Below are positions 1 to 16,144 of a stretch of 64,000 bases of DNA, piece after piece. The stretch comes from Eledone cirrhosa (taxonomy: Eukaryota), in contig OZ024744.1 in the NCBI GenBank assembly GCA_964016885.1, positions 67,456,001 through 67,520,000 of the forward strand, in the 5' to 3' direction. The position numbers and the translations under genes are program-made. Under the pieces are notes generated by a model that saw only the letters and a program-made list of their open reading frames with translations, was not told the origin of the DNA and made no database searches. The stretch's first letter is position 1; each line of letters begins with the position of its first letter.

Positions 1-1841
1 ATTTCGTCTTTTTTTGTTTAAGAGTTGATCGTTGATGAACAGCATTTGTAATGTTTCCTCCGAGCATAAGTTACACAAACGTCCCTAACCCGAGTCAATT
101 TCCTGGACGTTATCCTCAACCTTGAAAATGATCTGCACTACCCATACAGGAAACCAAACGACAACCCCCACTACATCCACCGCCGCTCTAACCATCCTAG
201 AAACATCACCAATAACCTAGTTAAAAACATCTCCCTCCGCATATCTCGTTTGTCCACTAATGAGCAGATATTCGATGAACATGCGCCTCATTACAACCAG
301 GGCCTCAAGCGAAGCGGCTTCCGGGAGGAAATCTCCTTTTATCCAGCTTCCCTTAACGGAACCAGCAGGCGACGCCGCTGCTCACGCCACATAACGTGGT
401 TCAATCCTCCCCACAATGCCGAGGTGCAACACCAATCGGGAAAATCTTCTTTAGGCTCCTCAAAAAACATTTCTCACCACAACACCGCTACCACAACATA
501 ATCAACAAAAACACCATCAAGCTATCCTACAGCACCACACCCAACTTGGCACAAAACATCGCCTCCTCAAACAACAAGAAACTTAACCTCCATGGAAGAA
601 ACAACCTAGACATTAGTGGAGAGCCGACCAGGAGGTGTAACTGCCCTGATAGATCTACGTGCCCCCTCAACAACAGATGCCGAGAACGTAACGTGATCTA
701 CCAATGCAACGTGAGGACGGAAACCTCCAACAAAGCCTATATAGGATTAACCGCTGTGACTTTAAGACCCGGCTCTACCAATACCGGCATACGTTACGAA
801 ACCCGACCCGGCGACATGCCACTACACTTTCGGGCCACATCTAGGACCTCCAAGATAATAACATAACATACAATCTTACTTGTAGCTTACAGTCCAGGGC
901 TAACTCCTACACGGGAGGACGCCGTACGTGTAACTTATGCTCGGGGGGGGAAGCATTACAAATGCTGTTTACGAAGAACCAACTCCTAAACAAAAAAGAC
1001 GAAATTGTAACTGCATGTAAACACCGATTGCGTAGGACTTACCTCGCCCTCAAACCCCCTCATGACCCGGGTGGGTAGACAATGGCTGCAACACCCTTCT
1101 TTTGCCCGCTTGCCGAACAAGATAGGGGAAACACCAGCATACATAGGAAAATGTACTTCTTTTCTTTTTCTTTTTCTTTTTCTTTTTCTTTTTCTTTTTC
1201 TTTTTCTTTTTCTTTTTCTTTTCCTTATCCCTTTATCTCTTCTTATCACTTCCTTCCACTCCCTCTCCTCTTCCTTTTTCTTTTTCTTCTTTCGCCTACC
1301 TTGAGGCAGCCCATCGGGATTTTGTAGCCCCAGTAAATTATATATAGCATTGGCCGAAAACGCAATACCAACTAAAAATATAGCAGCTGCTTTAGACTCT
1401 AGAGAATTTTGATTACTTTTTACTATTTAATTTTATTATTTTTATTATATAATTTTTATTTATTATCTTTTAATCTCAATTTATTAACTTTTTAATTCTA
1501 TAACGTCCCACTCTCAAATTCCTCCTGAATCCTTTTTCGCCTGCTTCCTTACAAGCCTAATTTCATAAACACTCCTTAAAATTTGCTGTATGGAATTCAC
1601 TTTCAACGCTTGACCGGCTCCACCCACACCCTCATTGTTCTACAGGCAAGTTGAGCCACCCCCACCCACCCACCCACTGCCACGAAAGATTTAATTGTGT
1701 TTACAAGAAATTTTGACCAATCCTTTTGACAACTACAATCTTCCCAGTTCGGCTATTTAGTACGACGCTAAAAATTCTAATTTAGTCCAGAAATAGTCGT
1801 CGAAACGGCTTGAGCTCTGCCGTCGGGGTTAAACATTTTCC
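1..1841 (+). mobile_element. Penelope-like retroelement (Naiad-type) 3' part: RT C-terminus, GIY-YIG endonuclease (frameshifted) and 3' pseudo-LTR
   Basis: Translations VNFLDV.LNL..., [40 protein letters not shown]...AYIGLT are colinear with the ORF at 22371-24209; the element ends at (TA)n at 1842. Confidence 0.88.
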
Positions 1842-2002
1842 TATATATATATATATATATATATACCAATGTGTCGAAGAATTGTTAATTCTAATTCAAA
1901 TTATTATGAATTTGTTGAATGTAATAAGATAATTAGCTTTTAATTGTTTTGTAATTTCATAATATAGTAGATCCATCTACTTATATATTATATATATATA
2001 TA

Positions 2003-2925
2003 TACATTGCCCATTGAGTGCGCTGAGATACAACCGGTACTGGCATTGATAAATATGCTGGGTCCGTCAACCCTTATTATTATTATCTCCCAACGAGCGG
2101 AATATTGGGAGTAAGTTAAACAATTTTTCACTTTTTATTGTGTTTTTGTTTTGATATGCACTCTTTTTCTTGCTACTAATTTTGTCTCTCACTCTTTTAA
2201 GTCGTGAATTAGACTGGTTATTTACGCACGTGGCTGACTCATTTCAGCTCGCTACTATATTGGTATAAAATGGATGATCGCATTTAAAGTCCGTTAAAGG
2301 TTCTTGGCACTACCATTGTTACCATCGCTTTCCTCTAGCCATGGGGCTTGGAGACATAAACCGAATGCTACCATTCTATTTTATATCAATGTGAACTGCT
2401 ATTTCTAATAGCCATCTTTTCACCCCTTGATAATTTGTGTGTGAGACACGTTGGCTAAGGGCTTCTGACAGGAACTAAAAGATTGATTCTTTTTAGCTTC
2501 CCGTCCCCACGTAAAATTTGTAAATCAGTGGCTAGTTGAGAGATAGAGTCCTATCGGTTGCCAGTTGCTAATCGCTTTACCGTGTTGGTTGTCACAAACA
2601 GTCATGACCGGCATGGGCCGGTGTTTGGATTCTGTCGATCGATTGGTTATTGATTAGGCGAAACCCGCTGATGAAGCCGCATAAGCCGATTGTGCATTGT
2701 TGCATAATATATGCAGACAAATGGTGCAGTGCACCTTACTGCTGCATTAGTGCGGCACAAACTCGAGTCCGGGAACCTTATAGGCACCCGTTTTACGTGT
2801 GTCGTGTTGAGGCAAATAACTATGTGTATACTCTGGTAATGTATCTTACATTGCCCATTGAGTGCGCTGAGATACAACCGGTACTGGCATTGATAAATAT
2901 GGTGGGTCCGTCACCCCTTATTATA
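2003..2925 (+). mobile_element. Non-coding element with ~80-bp terminal direct repeats and an internal hammerhead-like motif (PLE pseudo-LTR or retrozyme-like)
   Basis: tacattgcccattgagtgcgctgagatacaaccggtactggcattgataaatatg... occurs at ~2003 and ~2847; (TA)n on both sides. Confidence 0.7.
2664..2773 (+). ncRNA. Type I hammerhead ribozyme, degenerate (GAAA reads CAAA)
   Basis: cccg CTGATGA a-gccgca...tgcggc-a CAAA ctcgag TC cggg: stem I cccg/cggg, stem II gccgca/tgcggc, palindromic stem III ACTCGAGT, GUC site. Confidence 0.6.
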
Positions 2926-2940
2926 TATATATATATATAA

Positions 2941-3000
<60 letters not shown>

Positions 3001-3044
3001 GAAAATAGAGAAATTAATGTAAGCAAGAAGCCAACAGTAATTCA

Positions 3045-3103
<59 letters not shown>

Positions 3104-3590
3104 GTGACGTTTTTTTAGAAAATGAAAAACAAACGATGTGTCCTACACGAGTGAAAGTATAAGGAAAAAAGATGAAATCGAAAATGCAACTGGAGTCTTT
3201 TTTTTTAAATATATTTATTTGGTTCCTTTACCGGTTTTGCCAAGCAGTGGGCAACCGTGAGTGGCTAGAAATACCGGTGACGTGTACAATTCTTGACCAC
3301 TCATGGAATGACAACAACAGGATCTAAATCAACAAACGAAGGAATTCAATGTTAAAGGACAATAGGAAAATCTGCTTCATAGAATCGAGATGTATCCGAG
3401 GACCGCGCGATTTCAGAGTCAGGTTTGATCACCACATCGATCGTGCCTCGAGCTGGTCGCCCGGGAAACAATTGTAATATGTCCAATAAATTCCTTTCGT
3501 CGCAACACTGATTCTCTTTTTTCTGTGATATCATACTCTGCTCTACGAGGGCATTGAGTGCGCATACGGACGCTTTAAGCATCCAACACC

Positions 3591-3674
<84 letters not shown>

Positions 3675-4396
3675 GACATGTTTTACAAAATGAAGCAGAT
3701 ATATTTTTAAATGTGTTATGTTATTTTGCCGCCTTGGTTATCTTTTTTAAAAGCAGTCATAAAGGAATATAAGTTATCAAATATTAATATCAAAACGAAA
3801 CATCAAGGGTCGGACTATAAAGGAGTAATGCTAGAGCTTTGAAATCTTGCATGCATTAATTTAATCTTTTCTTATTAATAACTGCATTGTTTCTTTCCCA
3901 GGGACTCTGTTGAAAGATAAACCTCATTTGGTCATTCCATGAGAGTATCTTGGTCCGCCTATGAACTTTTCAGTTAAACCCTCGTAGTTGCCGTGTTATA
4001 TCTCTCTTATCAAATAAGAAGTTAGAAATTATGAATTAGTTAATGTGATATGTAACTATGTTCCATACGAAGTCCTTAAATTTTGCAGGGCATTTTCAAT
4101 TTCTGACAGGGCGGCCCGATAGCTCAGGTGGCTCGTCAATCAGCACCTGCGGCAGTGCGAGACTGGCACGTTGAGTTGTAGTAGCTGAATCACTGATGTT
4201 CACCGTGAGGCCTGGACTCTTGTAAGCCGATGCTGATGGATCATTGTCTCTGATCTGTTGAGCTGGTAAATTAAAGGTGACCCGCTAATGTGGATTGTAT
4301 AACTCTTGCATCTATCACCGGTTGCGTCGGAGCAGTCATTCATCATTCTGCCAATGTAGCTATGTGGTTCTGCGTATTTGTCTATGACTGTTGCTG

Positions 4397-4560
4397 GTTG
4401 CGGTAGAGGGTTGGACGCCATGCTTTCTAGCATAGTTAAGTCCCTTTACAGTCTGAGTTCAAATCCCGCCGAGGTTAACTTTGCCTTACGGGGTCGATAA
4501 AATAAAGTACCAGTAATACACTGGGTAATTGCTGGCCTTGTGCCAAAAGTAGAAACAAGT
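4397..4560 (+). mobile_element. tRNA-derived SINE (family A)
   Basis: B-box-like gagttcaaatccc followed by conserved body ...ggggtcgataaaataaagtaccag; copies at 7023, 36944, 40302, 53578. Confidence 0.75.
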
Positions 4561-4619
4561 ATGTAAAATCTCCTCATTTTTGCCTCATTTCTCCCCGTTT
4601 CGGGGCACTTTTTTTAATG

Positions 4620-6510
4620 GTACTCTCCGTTTCAGTTTTTAGAGGTTGGCAGGTCTGAGGTATTTTGTATTTCTGCCGTAGAACTGTTGTTGTTTCTTGC
4701 TTTTGACATTCATCCTTTCTCGGATTTGATTGTCTTTTGAGGTATCAGTGTTGGACATAGTTGGAAGTCTTGTTTTTATTTTGATTTTGAATAAGATCTC
4801 TTGTAATGAAGGCAAGTGACTGTCAAGTGGGGTTGCTCTTAAGCATAAAAGAACCATTTAACAGTCCATATTTGATTTCTGATTTGTTTTTCATTGTATT
4901 TGTCACTGTTTGGACCATTCGTTCTATGAAACCTTTCGATTTGGGGAATCTTGGGCTTTGTGTGATGTACATGAATTCTCACTTTGTAACTAAATTGTGG
5001 AACTCATTTGACGTAAAATATGTGGCACTATCTGTTTACAGGAGTTCTGGAATGCCACGAACGGTGTAGATTGCTTTTGAATATTCGATGCAGCTTGAGC
5101 TAGTGACGCTCCTCATAGGCTTGACAAAAGATATTTTACTGTATTGATCTGCAACGAGTAAGCATTGCTGACCGTTGAGGTCAAACATGTCAACTACAAC
5201 ATTTTGGAATGGTCTAGTTATGTGCTCTTTGATTATCATTTTCTCTTTGGTATTTTTCCTTTTCGTGCTAATTGCATATTTTACATGACCTTAATAGCTT
5301 TTCTATGTCTTTATTTATATCTCTCCAATAAACACTATTCCTTGTTTTTAGTTGACATTTTTAAATTCTTTGATGTGCATCATGAATTCTTTGAAGAACA
5401 GATTTGCATTCATCTTTACTCACTAAGCCATCCTGTAGTGATAAGCATTCTTTCAATAATCAGTAGTTTCTTATAAGTGTATTTCTTAAGAGTATAACAG
5501 ATTTTAACGACATAACAATTACATCTTTCACAGTCTCTAACCATCTACTTATTATCATTTGTTTTAGAATTTTCAATTCTCCATCTTCTTCTGTAGCTTC
5601 TTGTAGCTCTATTTGCTTCTCTACTATTATATCAACAGCATGTATTGTAAGATCTAATTCAATTTCCTTGCCTTGGCTTTGGTTGTACTCTTGTTAAATA
5701 ATCTGTATCTCTCACTTCTTTACCTGGTTTATATATGACTTGAGTATCAAACGGTTGTAAACTTAACGACATTCTTTACAGTCTTGGGAATGATTATGCA
5801 ATGTTTTGCCCAATATATTTTCCTATGGTTTGTGCTCTGATTGACATACACATATGTATGACACATACACATATGTATGATCCACATACACGTATGTATG
5901 ACATTTCTCACAACTGAGCACTACAAGTAGCTCTCTTTCTATGTTGGCAAATCAGTCACTCTTTTGTTAGAATATACAAAAATGTTCCCATCTTGATTAA
6001 TGTTGCACATAAACCTAACATGCTTGAATCTACTTAGATCACTGTCTTTGCATTAGATTTGAAATAAGTTCCACAAATATTTCATAAACACAGTCATTCG
6101 ATTTTTGAAAATCTTTTTCATATGTATTATTCCATTGCCATTCAGCATCTTTCTTGAGTAGTGATCTTAGTAGAACTGTTCTAGAATTGAGTTCTGGTAT
6201 GAAAGGGCTTAGATATTGGGTCATACCTGGAAATTACTGAAGTTCTTCACAGTTTGTAGGTATATGTTTTGTTTTCATTGTATCACATTTTTCTGGGTTT
6301 GTGTGAGAACCATTTTTATCACAGATAATACAATAAAATTTGATCTGTTTTTGTCTGACTTTTCATTTATCTGTTGCAAACTAGATCGTACCGTCTGGCT
6401 GTATCCATTCTAATTCTCAAGTTCTTATCGTGTTCTTCAATTGTTTTGCCATATATGCAAATATCATCAGATATACCAATAGCTCCTGCGCAGTCTTCTA
6501 GTTGCGACCA
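4620..6510 (-). mobile_element. Decayed Ty3/Gypsy LTR-retrotransposon pol (RT, RNase H, integrase)
   Basis: Minus-strand fragments in Gypsy order: GISDDICIYGKTIEEHDKNLR (RT), YLSPFIPELNSRTVLLRSLLKKDAEWQW, RPFQNVVVDMFDLNGQQCLLVADQYSK...GIPELL and LRATPLDSHLPS (integrase). Confidence 0.85.
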
Positions 6511-6665
6511 GTAGATAGTATCAGCAATGGAAAGATCAATGGGAACATTGTTTCTTTGGTCCTCTATGACGATTTCCACCCAACACGGTAAGCGGGTGGG
6601 GTTTGGGATCTTGTCTATCGATTCGATCGATATATATAAATATATATATATACACACACACACAC

Positions 6666-6713
<48 letters not shown>

Positions 6714-6715
<2 letters not shown>

Positions 6716-6879
6716 CGGAGGAAATGTGGTAAGGAACCGGGTGGACCATAACGCACCAAAGTACTCAATACTTAGGGTAGTAGAGTGGGTAATAGGAACG
6801 AGTAGGACCCCGACGACTGAGCTCAAGCCGTTTCGACGGCTAATTATGGACAGAATTAGCCGTCGGGGTCCTACTCGTT

Positions 6880-6882
<3 letters not shown>
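6714..6882 (-). mobile_element. Miniature fold-back fragment of the Penelope pseudo-LTR family also seen at 1620-1841 and 45125-46425
   Basis: Near-identical to 45125-45262; ends in a short inverted copy (...ggggtcctactcgttcc); inside (TA)n. Confidence 0.75.
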
Positions 6883-6940
<58 letters not shown>

Positions 6941-7022
6941 AAAATTTGTTTTCGCCCTTAACGTGGTGGGTACCTAAATGTATTCGTGAATGAATAACAA
7001 TAATATCATAATAATATCAAAA

Positions 7023-7210
7023 GGGCGGTGGATTGGCAGTATCGGTAGAGTGTCAGACCCCATGCTTTGCAGCATAGAGTTATGACCCTTTATGTTCTGA
7101 TTTCAAATCCCGCAGAGGTTAAATTTGTCTTTCATCCTTACGGAGTCGATAAAATAAAGTACCAGTAATGCACTGGGATAATTGCTGGCCTTGTGACAAA
7201 AGTAAAAACA
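7023..7210 (+). mobile_element. tRNA-derived SINE (family A)
   Basis: ggcggtggattggcagtatcggtagag...ttcaaatccc...gtcgataaaataaagtaccag; (ATT)n tail. Confidence 0.78.
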
Positions 7211-7222
7211 ATTATTATTATT

Positions 7223-8858
<1,636 letters not shown>

Positions 8859-9537
8859 TTCCACATTAGATATTCTAATCCATTCCTGCTTTCCACATAA
8901 ATCCTCCTCCTCCTCTGCTTACTCTTCTTGTCTTCTATTAATATTTTTATTTTTCATTTCTCCCCCACCCACCCCTCTATATATCCTCCACCAAGAGCCT
9001 TGTTTCATGGGGGTACCAGGGGACAAGTCACTTTTTCAAACGTCTATATTTTATTTTTTGTTTATTTTATATAATAAATTCTTTTTAAGCTTATTTTATT
9101 TTATATCTGAACTTCATTTGAATATATAAAATTTAATTAGTGTAAAATTTTACTTGTGTGATAGGGTCCGGGAAAGACACCATAAGTAATTTATGCTCAT
9201 TTAAGAATCAACAAATGTTGCTTTGTCCCTCTCACATTTTTAAGGCAAACAAGGCCCCTGTCCTCCACCCTCGTTTAATATCTTCCGCCCTCAGTGTCAC
9301 TTTTCTTGCGAGAATTAAATTAAATTCTTACAAAGATAATGAATAAATTAAACAAAATGCATCAGAAATACTATTAACAATGAAAATCTGTTTTATTGTC
9401 CAATTGTTAATTTATTATATTATATTGTTCTTTGTTAATAAGACTTTCTAAGAAGCGTTTTTCACCTACTGGTGGGTTAAGTATTACTAAAGGATTTACA
9501 TTAAAACAGTCTTAAATAACTTTCTTTTTATCATATA

Positions 9538-10417
9538 CTAGCATTAAAGCCCGGCGTTGCTCGGGGTCAGTAAGTTACCAAAGTTAGGTTGCACCACCCA
9601 TTTTATGGCAGCACCTTTTGTCTGCCAGGCACTGGGTGAATGAATTGCAGACCTGGACTGCCGAAGCAGGAGCTGCGCCAGCAGTGACAATTGTAGTTTC
9701 GCCTATGGATATTATCTCTGTGCAAAGAAGTGTTGAAATTTATTGTTTCACAGTACTTGCGCAACACGCGCGTAGACGATGCCAGCCGAACAACAGAGCT
9801 GCAATGGAGTTGTTCTGCATGATTGTCTAATGTGTGTTTTCTAAATTTAAGACAGTAGGGAGGGGTGTGATATGGGGGAGAGTTAGCTGCTGTTTCTAGC
9901 AGGTTTAGTGACCTCATAGAGGATATTATTGTGTATAGTAAATAAACTGATACTTCTTTCTTCCACGTTCGTTGAGAGATGTTTTAAAAAAGATTTATCG
10001 CTATTTTTTTGTTGTTGTTGAATAAATTTATCTGTTGCTTTTGAATAATTGTTGTTTCGTATGACATGTAATAAGTTCTCTTCGTTGTCTTCTCTCTTCA
10101 TTCTTCGGCGTTCCTAAAGGAAGTCTGTAGCGTATATAAGAGAAAGTTGCAGCATGTATGTAGTTTTATCGAATTTTAAGGGGAGTAGATAGAGGATATC
10201 AGATTGTATTAGAGGGGTAAAGCGTCATGTATTTAGTTTTAACGATTATTTCCGTAATTGTGGGTGAGTTTGAAATGAATAAATAGTCCTTGACCTAAGT
10301 TAGACAATTTACAACAATCTTACAGACATTGAGTCGAATCGGTTTGAAATTGTGCACATTTATAAACATGGAACATGCACACACACACACAACAACAATC
10401 TGCCTTTTATATATAAT
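9538..10417 (-). mobile_element. Non-autonomous Helitron, 5' end disrupted by the Tx1 LINE
   Basis: Minus-strand 3' end cccgagc-aac-gccggg hairpin, then ctttaatgCTAG|T; opposite end (CA)n...ttttatatata resembles the 5' ends of the other Helitrons here. Confidence 0.7.
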
Positions 10418-13400
10418 AACGAGGGGCAGACAATACGGCACCATTTCGGTGCTGTTTAAGTCAGAAGCCCTCGCTATGAAACATGCTATGACACCTTGCA
10501 AAACCAGCAAGGTCATAATGTACCCCTCCCACATGGGAAAAAGAACGGCCCGTCTCCGCATTCCCAGAATCCCACCAGGACTTTACATGTGGTGGCTTCT
10601 GCGATGTGTGATTGTGGAGGGGACGGATACCGTCCCGATATAAGTGACAAGAACTACCAGAGAGGACTGGTCCGGGGTTGACCTGGATATCCTTCTCCAG
10701 ATCAGGCCCGAGAATGTGAAGACAATCCCGGACCACATCCGTCTTCAGAATGGGACGGTCATTCACATTATGACCGAGGGTAAAAGGCCGCATTGTTTTG
10801 TTTGTGGGGAAAAAAACCATTTGCGAGCCTTCTGCCCTCAACTGCTGAAAGATGCAAGGGGTCAAAGGGCTCCACTGCTGCCGACGCCGGGGCTAGGGCC
10901 ACAACCAACACCAACACCGGCAAAACCACCAACAACAACACCAATAGAAAGACCACCACCAACATTGACCACCCAGTGGGGAAACGAGGAGAGTTGTCAA
11001 ATTTCCCCTCCCCCCAAAAACACACATCAATACAAACATGAACACACACACAGACACACTTACAGACACAGACCCCTCATCTACCAGTTGTGAAGATGAG
11101 GGAAAACCAAAATCCCCCAAAATACAAAAAAGGAAACACAAAAAGAAAAAAAAACTCAACAAAGCACAAACACACTCACAATAAAAAATGCAAACACCAC
11201 CCACGCAAACATCTCCCCAACAACACCAACATCAACACCACCATCACCATCACCAGAATCCCCCAAACGCAAACAACCTAAACAGACGCAAGAACAAATA
11301 CACACACAAACATCTGAAACCACAGACACCGCACTCACAACAAACACTGACACAACCAAAACAACACCACCAAAACCATCACCACCACAGCCACGCAAAC
11401 AAATAAAATCATACCAACAAAACATACAAAACTTCGTGCTCGTCAGGAGGGCCAACAAGGAACTAATGGCCCTCATAGCACCAAGTGAAGAAATACAAAA
11501 AGAGGGGGAAATTTATAAATCGAGCACATTTCGCATGCCGGAAGAGTTGTTTCTGGTGCGAATGTCGCTCGATTTATAAAAAGAGATACGAGACAGCTTT
11601 CCTCGGGACGTGGGAACCCCGAACGTAAAACCCACTTCAAGACTTTTAAAGGGGTTCCCAAAAGAAACCCCACCAACTATGGAGGTCGAACCATCCGACC
11701 TTCACAAGAGCCCGGAAGGTAAGTAAACCTTCCTTTCTCTCTGTTTAACCTGCTAACATGACCGTATTAAGAGTAGGATGTTTAAATGTTCGAGGCCTGT
11801 GATCGTCCTGGAAGCAGGGTCACCTGCTCAACGACCTCAGGTCTCTAGAAATGGATATAATTGCCGTCAGCGAGACCAGGATTTCCGACACGCGCGCACT
11901 AGCCCCCATTTTTGACGACTATCAGATCTTTGCATCTGTTAGTCGGCCGGGAATGGGAGATGGAGTGGCAGTGCTATTTAGGAAAGGCCTGGATCTCGAG
12001 GTAAGGTCGATCTTCCGGGAACCGGACAGGAAGTTGGTGGTCCTGGACGTGAACAATAACGAAGGTGGTGCCTTTAGACTGGTAGCCGTCTACGCCCCTA
12101 CTGGGGCAGGACGGCCGGACTTCTTTAGACGCCTGGAAGCCTTTCTGGGTACGTCTCGCCCTTTACTGTTAGCGGGGTACTGGAACGGCATCTTAGACGC
12201 ACGCTGGGACTGTGTGGGAGTAGCTGTTTGGAGCGGGGGTGCATAAGCCTCAAGAACCTAATCAGCCAGTTCCAACTGTCTTACAGGTACCGACTAGATT
12301 TCCCTAATGCGCCAGTGTGGACCTGGACTAACCGCATAGGGTCATCTTGATCGTATATAGACAGGATATTCATTAGGAAAATAGACAGAAATCGTGTAAG
12401 CTGTCCACGGTTTAAAACGGTCGCCCATTCAGATCACAAGTTTGTGATCTGTATGGTCGACCTAGATAAGACGCGTAGGTTAGGACCTGGTTACTGGAAG
12501 CTAAATATGTCATTTCCGGTGCGTAAGGCTTACAGGGACTAGGTCAACAATTTAGTTAAGAAAAAGTTGACAGGGGGATTCGTCAACAATAGATGGTGAG
12601 GGCCTCTCAAAAGTGAGATTAGAGTAATGTCGATAGAGTTTAGCAAATAAGTAGCGTTAGAGAAAAATAGAAAGGAGGGGGAGTTGGTAGATAAGTTAAA
12701 CGAGGCTATTGGTAGTGGCATTTCAACTGACGTGCTAGCGGCGAGAATGGCATTAGACCATTTCTTCAATGCGAAACACGAAGGTTGCATTGTCAGAGCT
12801 AAGGCGCGTGCTCTGAGAAACGAGGGAACCAAAGCTGTTCAATGGGCCCGCGTGGCAGAGGCGCAGCGTGGTAATAAAACCACGATTCGGACCGAGACGG
12901 ACACGAGCCGAGCGATTCCAAACGGTTGTGTGAGGCCTTTCGCCAACATTTTGCTCGGTTGTTCGGGGGAAGTGGCGGGTCAGAGACGGTGGCGGACTTC
13001 AGTCCCTACCTCGATGGCTTGCCGCAACTATCGACGGCCGACGCTGGGCGCTGCGAAAGGCCGATTACTTCAGCCGAGATTCAGGATGCCCTTGTTGGCT
13101 GCATGAGGCACAAGTCATCCGATTTGGATGGTCTGCCCCACGAGCTTTACGTAAATATGCCAGACATGTTCTCCAATCTCCTCCTAGCGCTCTACTGCAA
13201 CTGGCAGCAGAAAGGGTGTATTCCCAGTTCTTTGAGCCGGGGCGTAGTGACGCTGATAAGGAAAGATGAGAACAAGAGGGACACATTAGACAATTTCAGG
13301 CCCATAACTCTGCTCAACACAGAGTTTAAGATTTTGACCAGGGTGTTAGCGAAGAGGTTGGCGCGTGTCGTCGGGGATTTGGTTGGGGAGGCGCAAACCA

Positions 13401-15330
13401 GGTCCATACACGGCAACCTCCACCTAATGCGATACCTCATAGAGAGGGTAGGGTGTAAACCTGGCTTCGGTGGGGCTCTGATAAATTTAGATCAATCGAA
13501 AGCATTCGATAGGGTCGACCATCGGTACCTGGAGGCTGTCCTCAAGGCGGCTGGCTTCGGCCCCGTCTTCAGAAGCTGGATCACTGCAATGCACAGCGGC
13601 ACCTGCTCGGTGGTCAAAATTAATGGCCACCTCTCGGAACCGTTTCAGGTCTCCCGATCGGTCCGTCAAGGGTGCCCTCTCACCTCCCTTCTGTACGTAT
13701 TGACTCTCGAGCCTTTACTGCGGAAGCTGGAGCTGTTGCAGGGAATCCCGCTCGAACCGGGACGCGGAAAGGCTGTGTCGGCTTATGCGGACGACATCAC
13801 CGTGATGGTGTCGGGCACCTCAGAAATCGAGGTGGTCGGCAACTTATTGGAGGAATATGAAAGGTTGACGGGAGCCAAACTTAACCCGGAAAAGTCGGTG
13901 GGCCTGCAACTCAGCGCCTGGAGAGGCAAGTTCATGCCATCCAACAGCGTCGTTAGGCGCTGAACGAACGGACCGGTAAAGTTGCTAGGGGTTTGGTTCG
14001 GGCCAGACCTCCAGGTGGATACGAATTGGGACGAGGTGACGGGCAGGGTAGCCAGTCTCACCTAGAAATGGGCTGGGAAGAAGCTATCACTGAAAGGTCG
14101 GGCGGAGGTGGCGAACGCGTACATCGCGTCCGTCGTCTACTACCGTCTGACCGTCGTCCCTTGACCCCGTTCACACCTGGCCATCTTGGAACGGCTCCTC
14201 TTCAAATTCTTGTGGAGGGGTCAGGTTCCGCTGGTGAGGCGGTCCATCTGCTGCCAGCACCCTCTACGTGGAGGGCTGGGCATGCCGCGGCTAATGATGC
14301 GCAGACATGCGCTGAGGCTGCGGCAATTCCAAATATTCTGCCAAAACGGTGACAGGGGTGGTCGCCGTTTGTCAGACGGGCCTTTCCGCAGCTCGTCTCT
14401 TTGACTGAGCTGCAGTCCTGGGTCAAGAAGAGACCGAGACTGGGTGACTGGCATCTGGAATGTTGCCAGGCACTCACTGCCCTCTACCAGGCAGGCAATG
14501 CGGTCAGTGGAACTTCCACTCTCGAGTTCTATAGAGGATTAGTGGTGGGCAAGTGCGACGACGCACTCGGAGAGGCTCTGGGAGTCGACGAAATCGAACT
14601 AACCAGTCTGTTCCGGAAGCTTTCGAGCCGGAGACGATGGATAATTTCCAAAAATCTCTCGCTTGGCAGTGCTATCGGGGGGCACTGCCGGTTCGAGATA
14701 AACTCTACAGGCACGGAACTGCTGTCAGACGGACCTGCCCAAGATGCACGCAGAGTGACGAAACCGTTTTGCACGCACTCGTCCAGTGTCCGTGCATTAC
14801 TGACTTGTGGAGTTATGTCGAACAGCTGTTGTCACGTGTAGAACGGATCCGGCTATCGGCGAGTCCATAGTGAAGACCGGCCCGCCGCCTTCTTTGGCCA
14901 GGAAGGGCAGGCAATTTTCCTCTGTCTGGTGGCAGTAGCAAAAGAGGTTATATGGTGGACGAGGTTGAAAGGACTGAAGACAGACACTTTTCTCTTCACC
15001 CAATCCCTCATCAAATTTTCCAAGTTTCACTTGGAAAGGAAGGTGAGGGTGGAGAGAGAACTGCTGCCCCCCCCAGTACATTTGGTGAAAGGTGGGTGAA
15101 TGTGGCGAGAATGGCCCGTGTGAGTGGGCCTACTCTGGTCATGCGGCTGTAGGTGGGTAAATTTGAGGAGGAGAGGGGTGCCCTTCCAGGGTGCTCTCGA
15201 AGCGTCGGGTCGTTCAAGATTGATGGGGTACCTGAGCGAACCCTGGGTCGTCATCCCCCCTATTGGGGAATTTTTCTTGTTGTATTTTTCTTGTTACTTT
15301 GTTATTGTTATTCATATTGTTTACTCGATT
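10418..15330 (+). mobile_element. Tx1/L1-clade non-LTR retrotransposon, 5'-truncated in ORF1, ORF2 (APE-RT-Zn finger) disrupted
   Basis: ORF1 knuckle CFVCGEKNHLRAFC; ORF2 from ATG 11758: DIIAVSET, VAVYAP, SDHK, GPGYWKLN, FRPITLLN, DQSKAFDRVDH, VRQGCPL, AYADDIT, CPRCTQSDETVLHALVQC. Confidence 0.92.
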
Positions 15331-15338
15331 TTTCTGTA

Positions 15339-15749
<411 letters not shown>

Positions 15750-15887
15750 TTTACCTATGACATTTAGGAATTCATTCTAGAAATATTCTTCATTTGGACA
15801 TTTATATGTAGAAAAGTATGTCACTCTCTTTCATAGAAAGTGACATGTCTCTCTTTTGGAGACAGTGGATTAGTCAACATCAACAGT

Positions 15888-15938
15888 AACCATCATCATC
15901 ATCATCATCATTATCATTATCATCATCATCATTGTCAT

Positions 15939-15976
<38 letters not shown>

Positions 15977-16068
15977 ACATCATCATCATCATCATCATCA
16001 TCATCACAGTCAACATCATTATCATCTCCATCAATATCCCCATCAGCAGCATCAACATCATCATCATT

Positions 16069-16144
<76 letters not shown>

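Noticed and set aside
3215-3285. Minus-strand gcca...tggc-AAAA-ccgg-TA resembling a minimal hammerhead
   Set aside because: No CUGANGA box and GAAA is altered; too degenerate to call
6545-6630. ATGACGA followed by the ccaccc/gggtgg hairpin
   Set aside because: No GAAA box; only a hairpin in an unidentified repeat end
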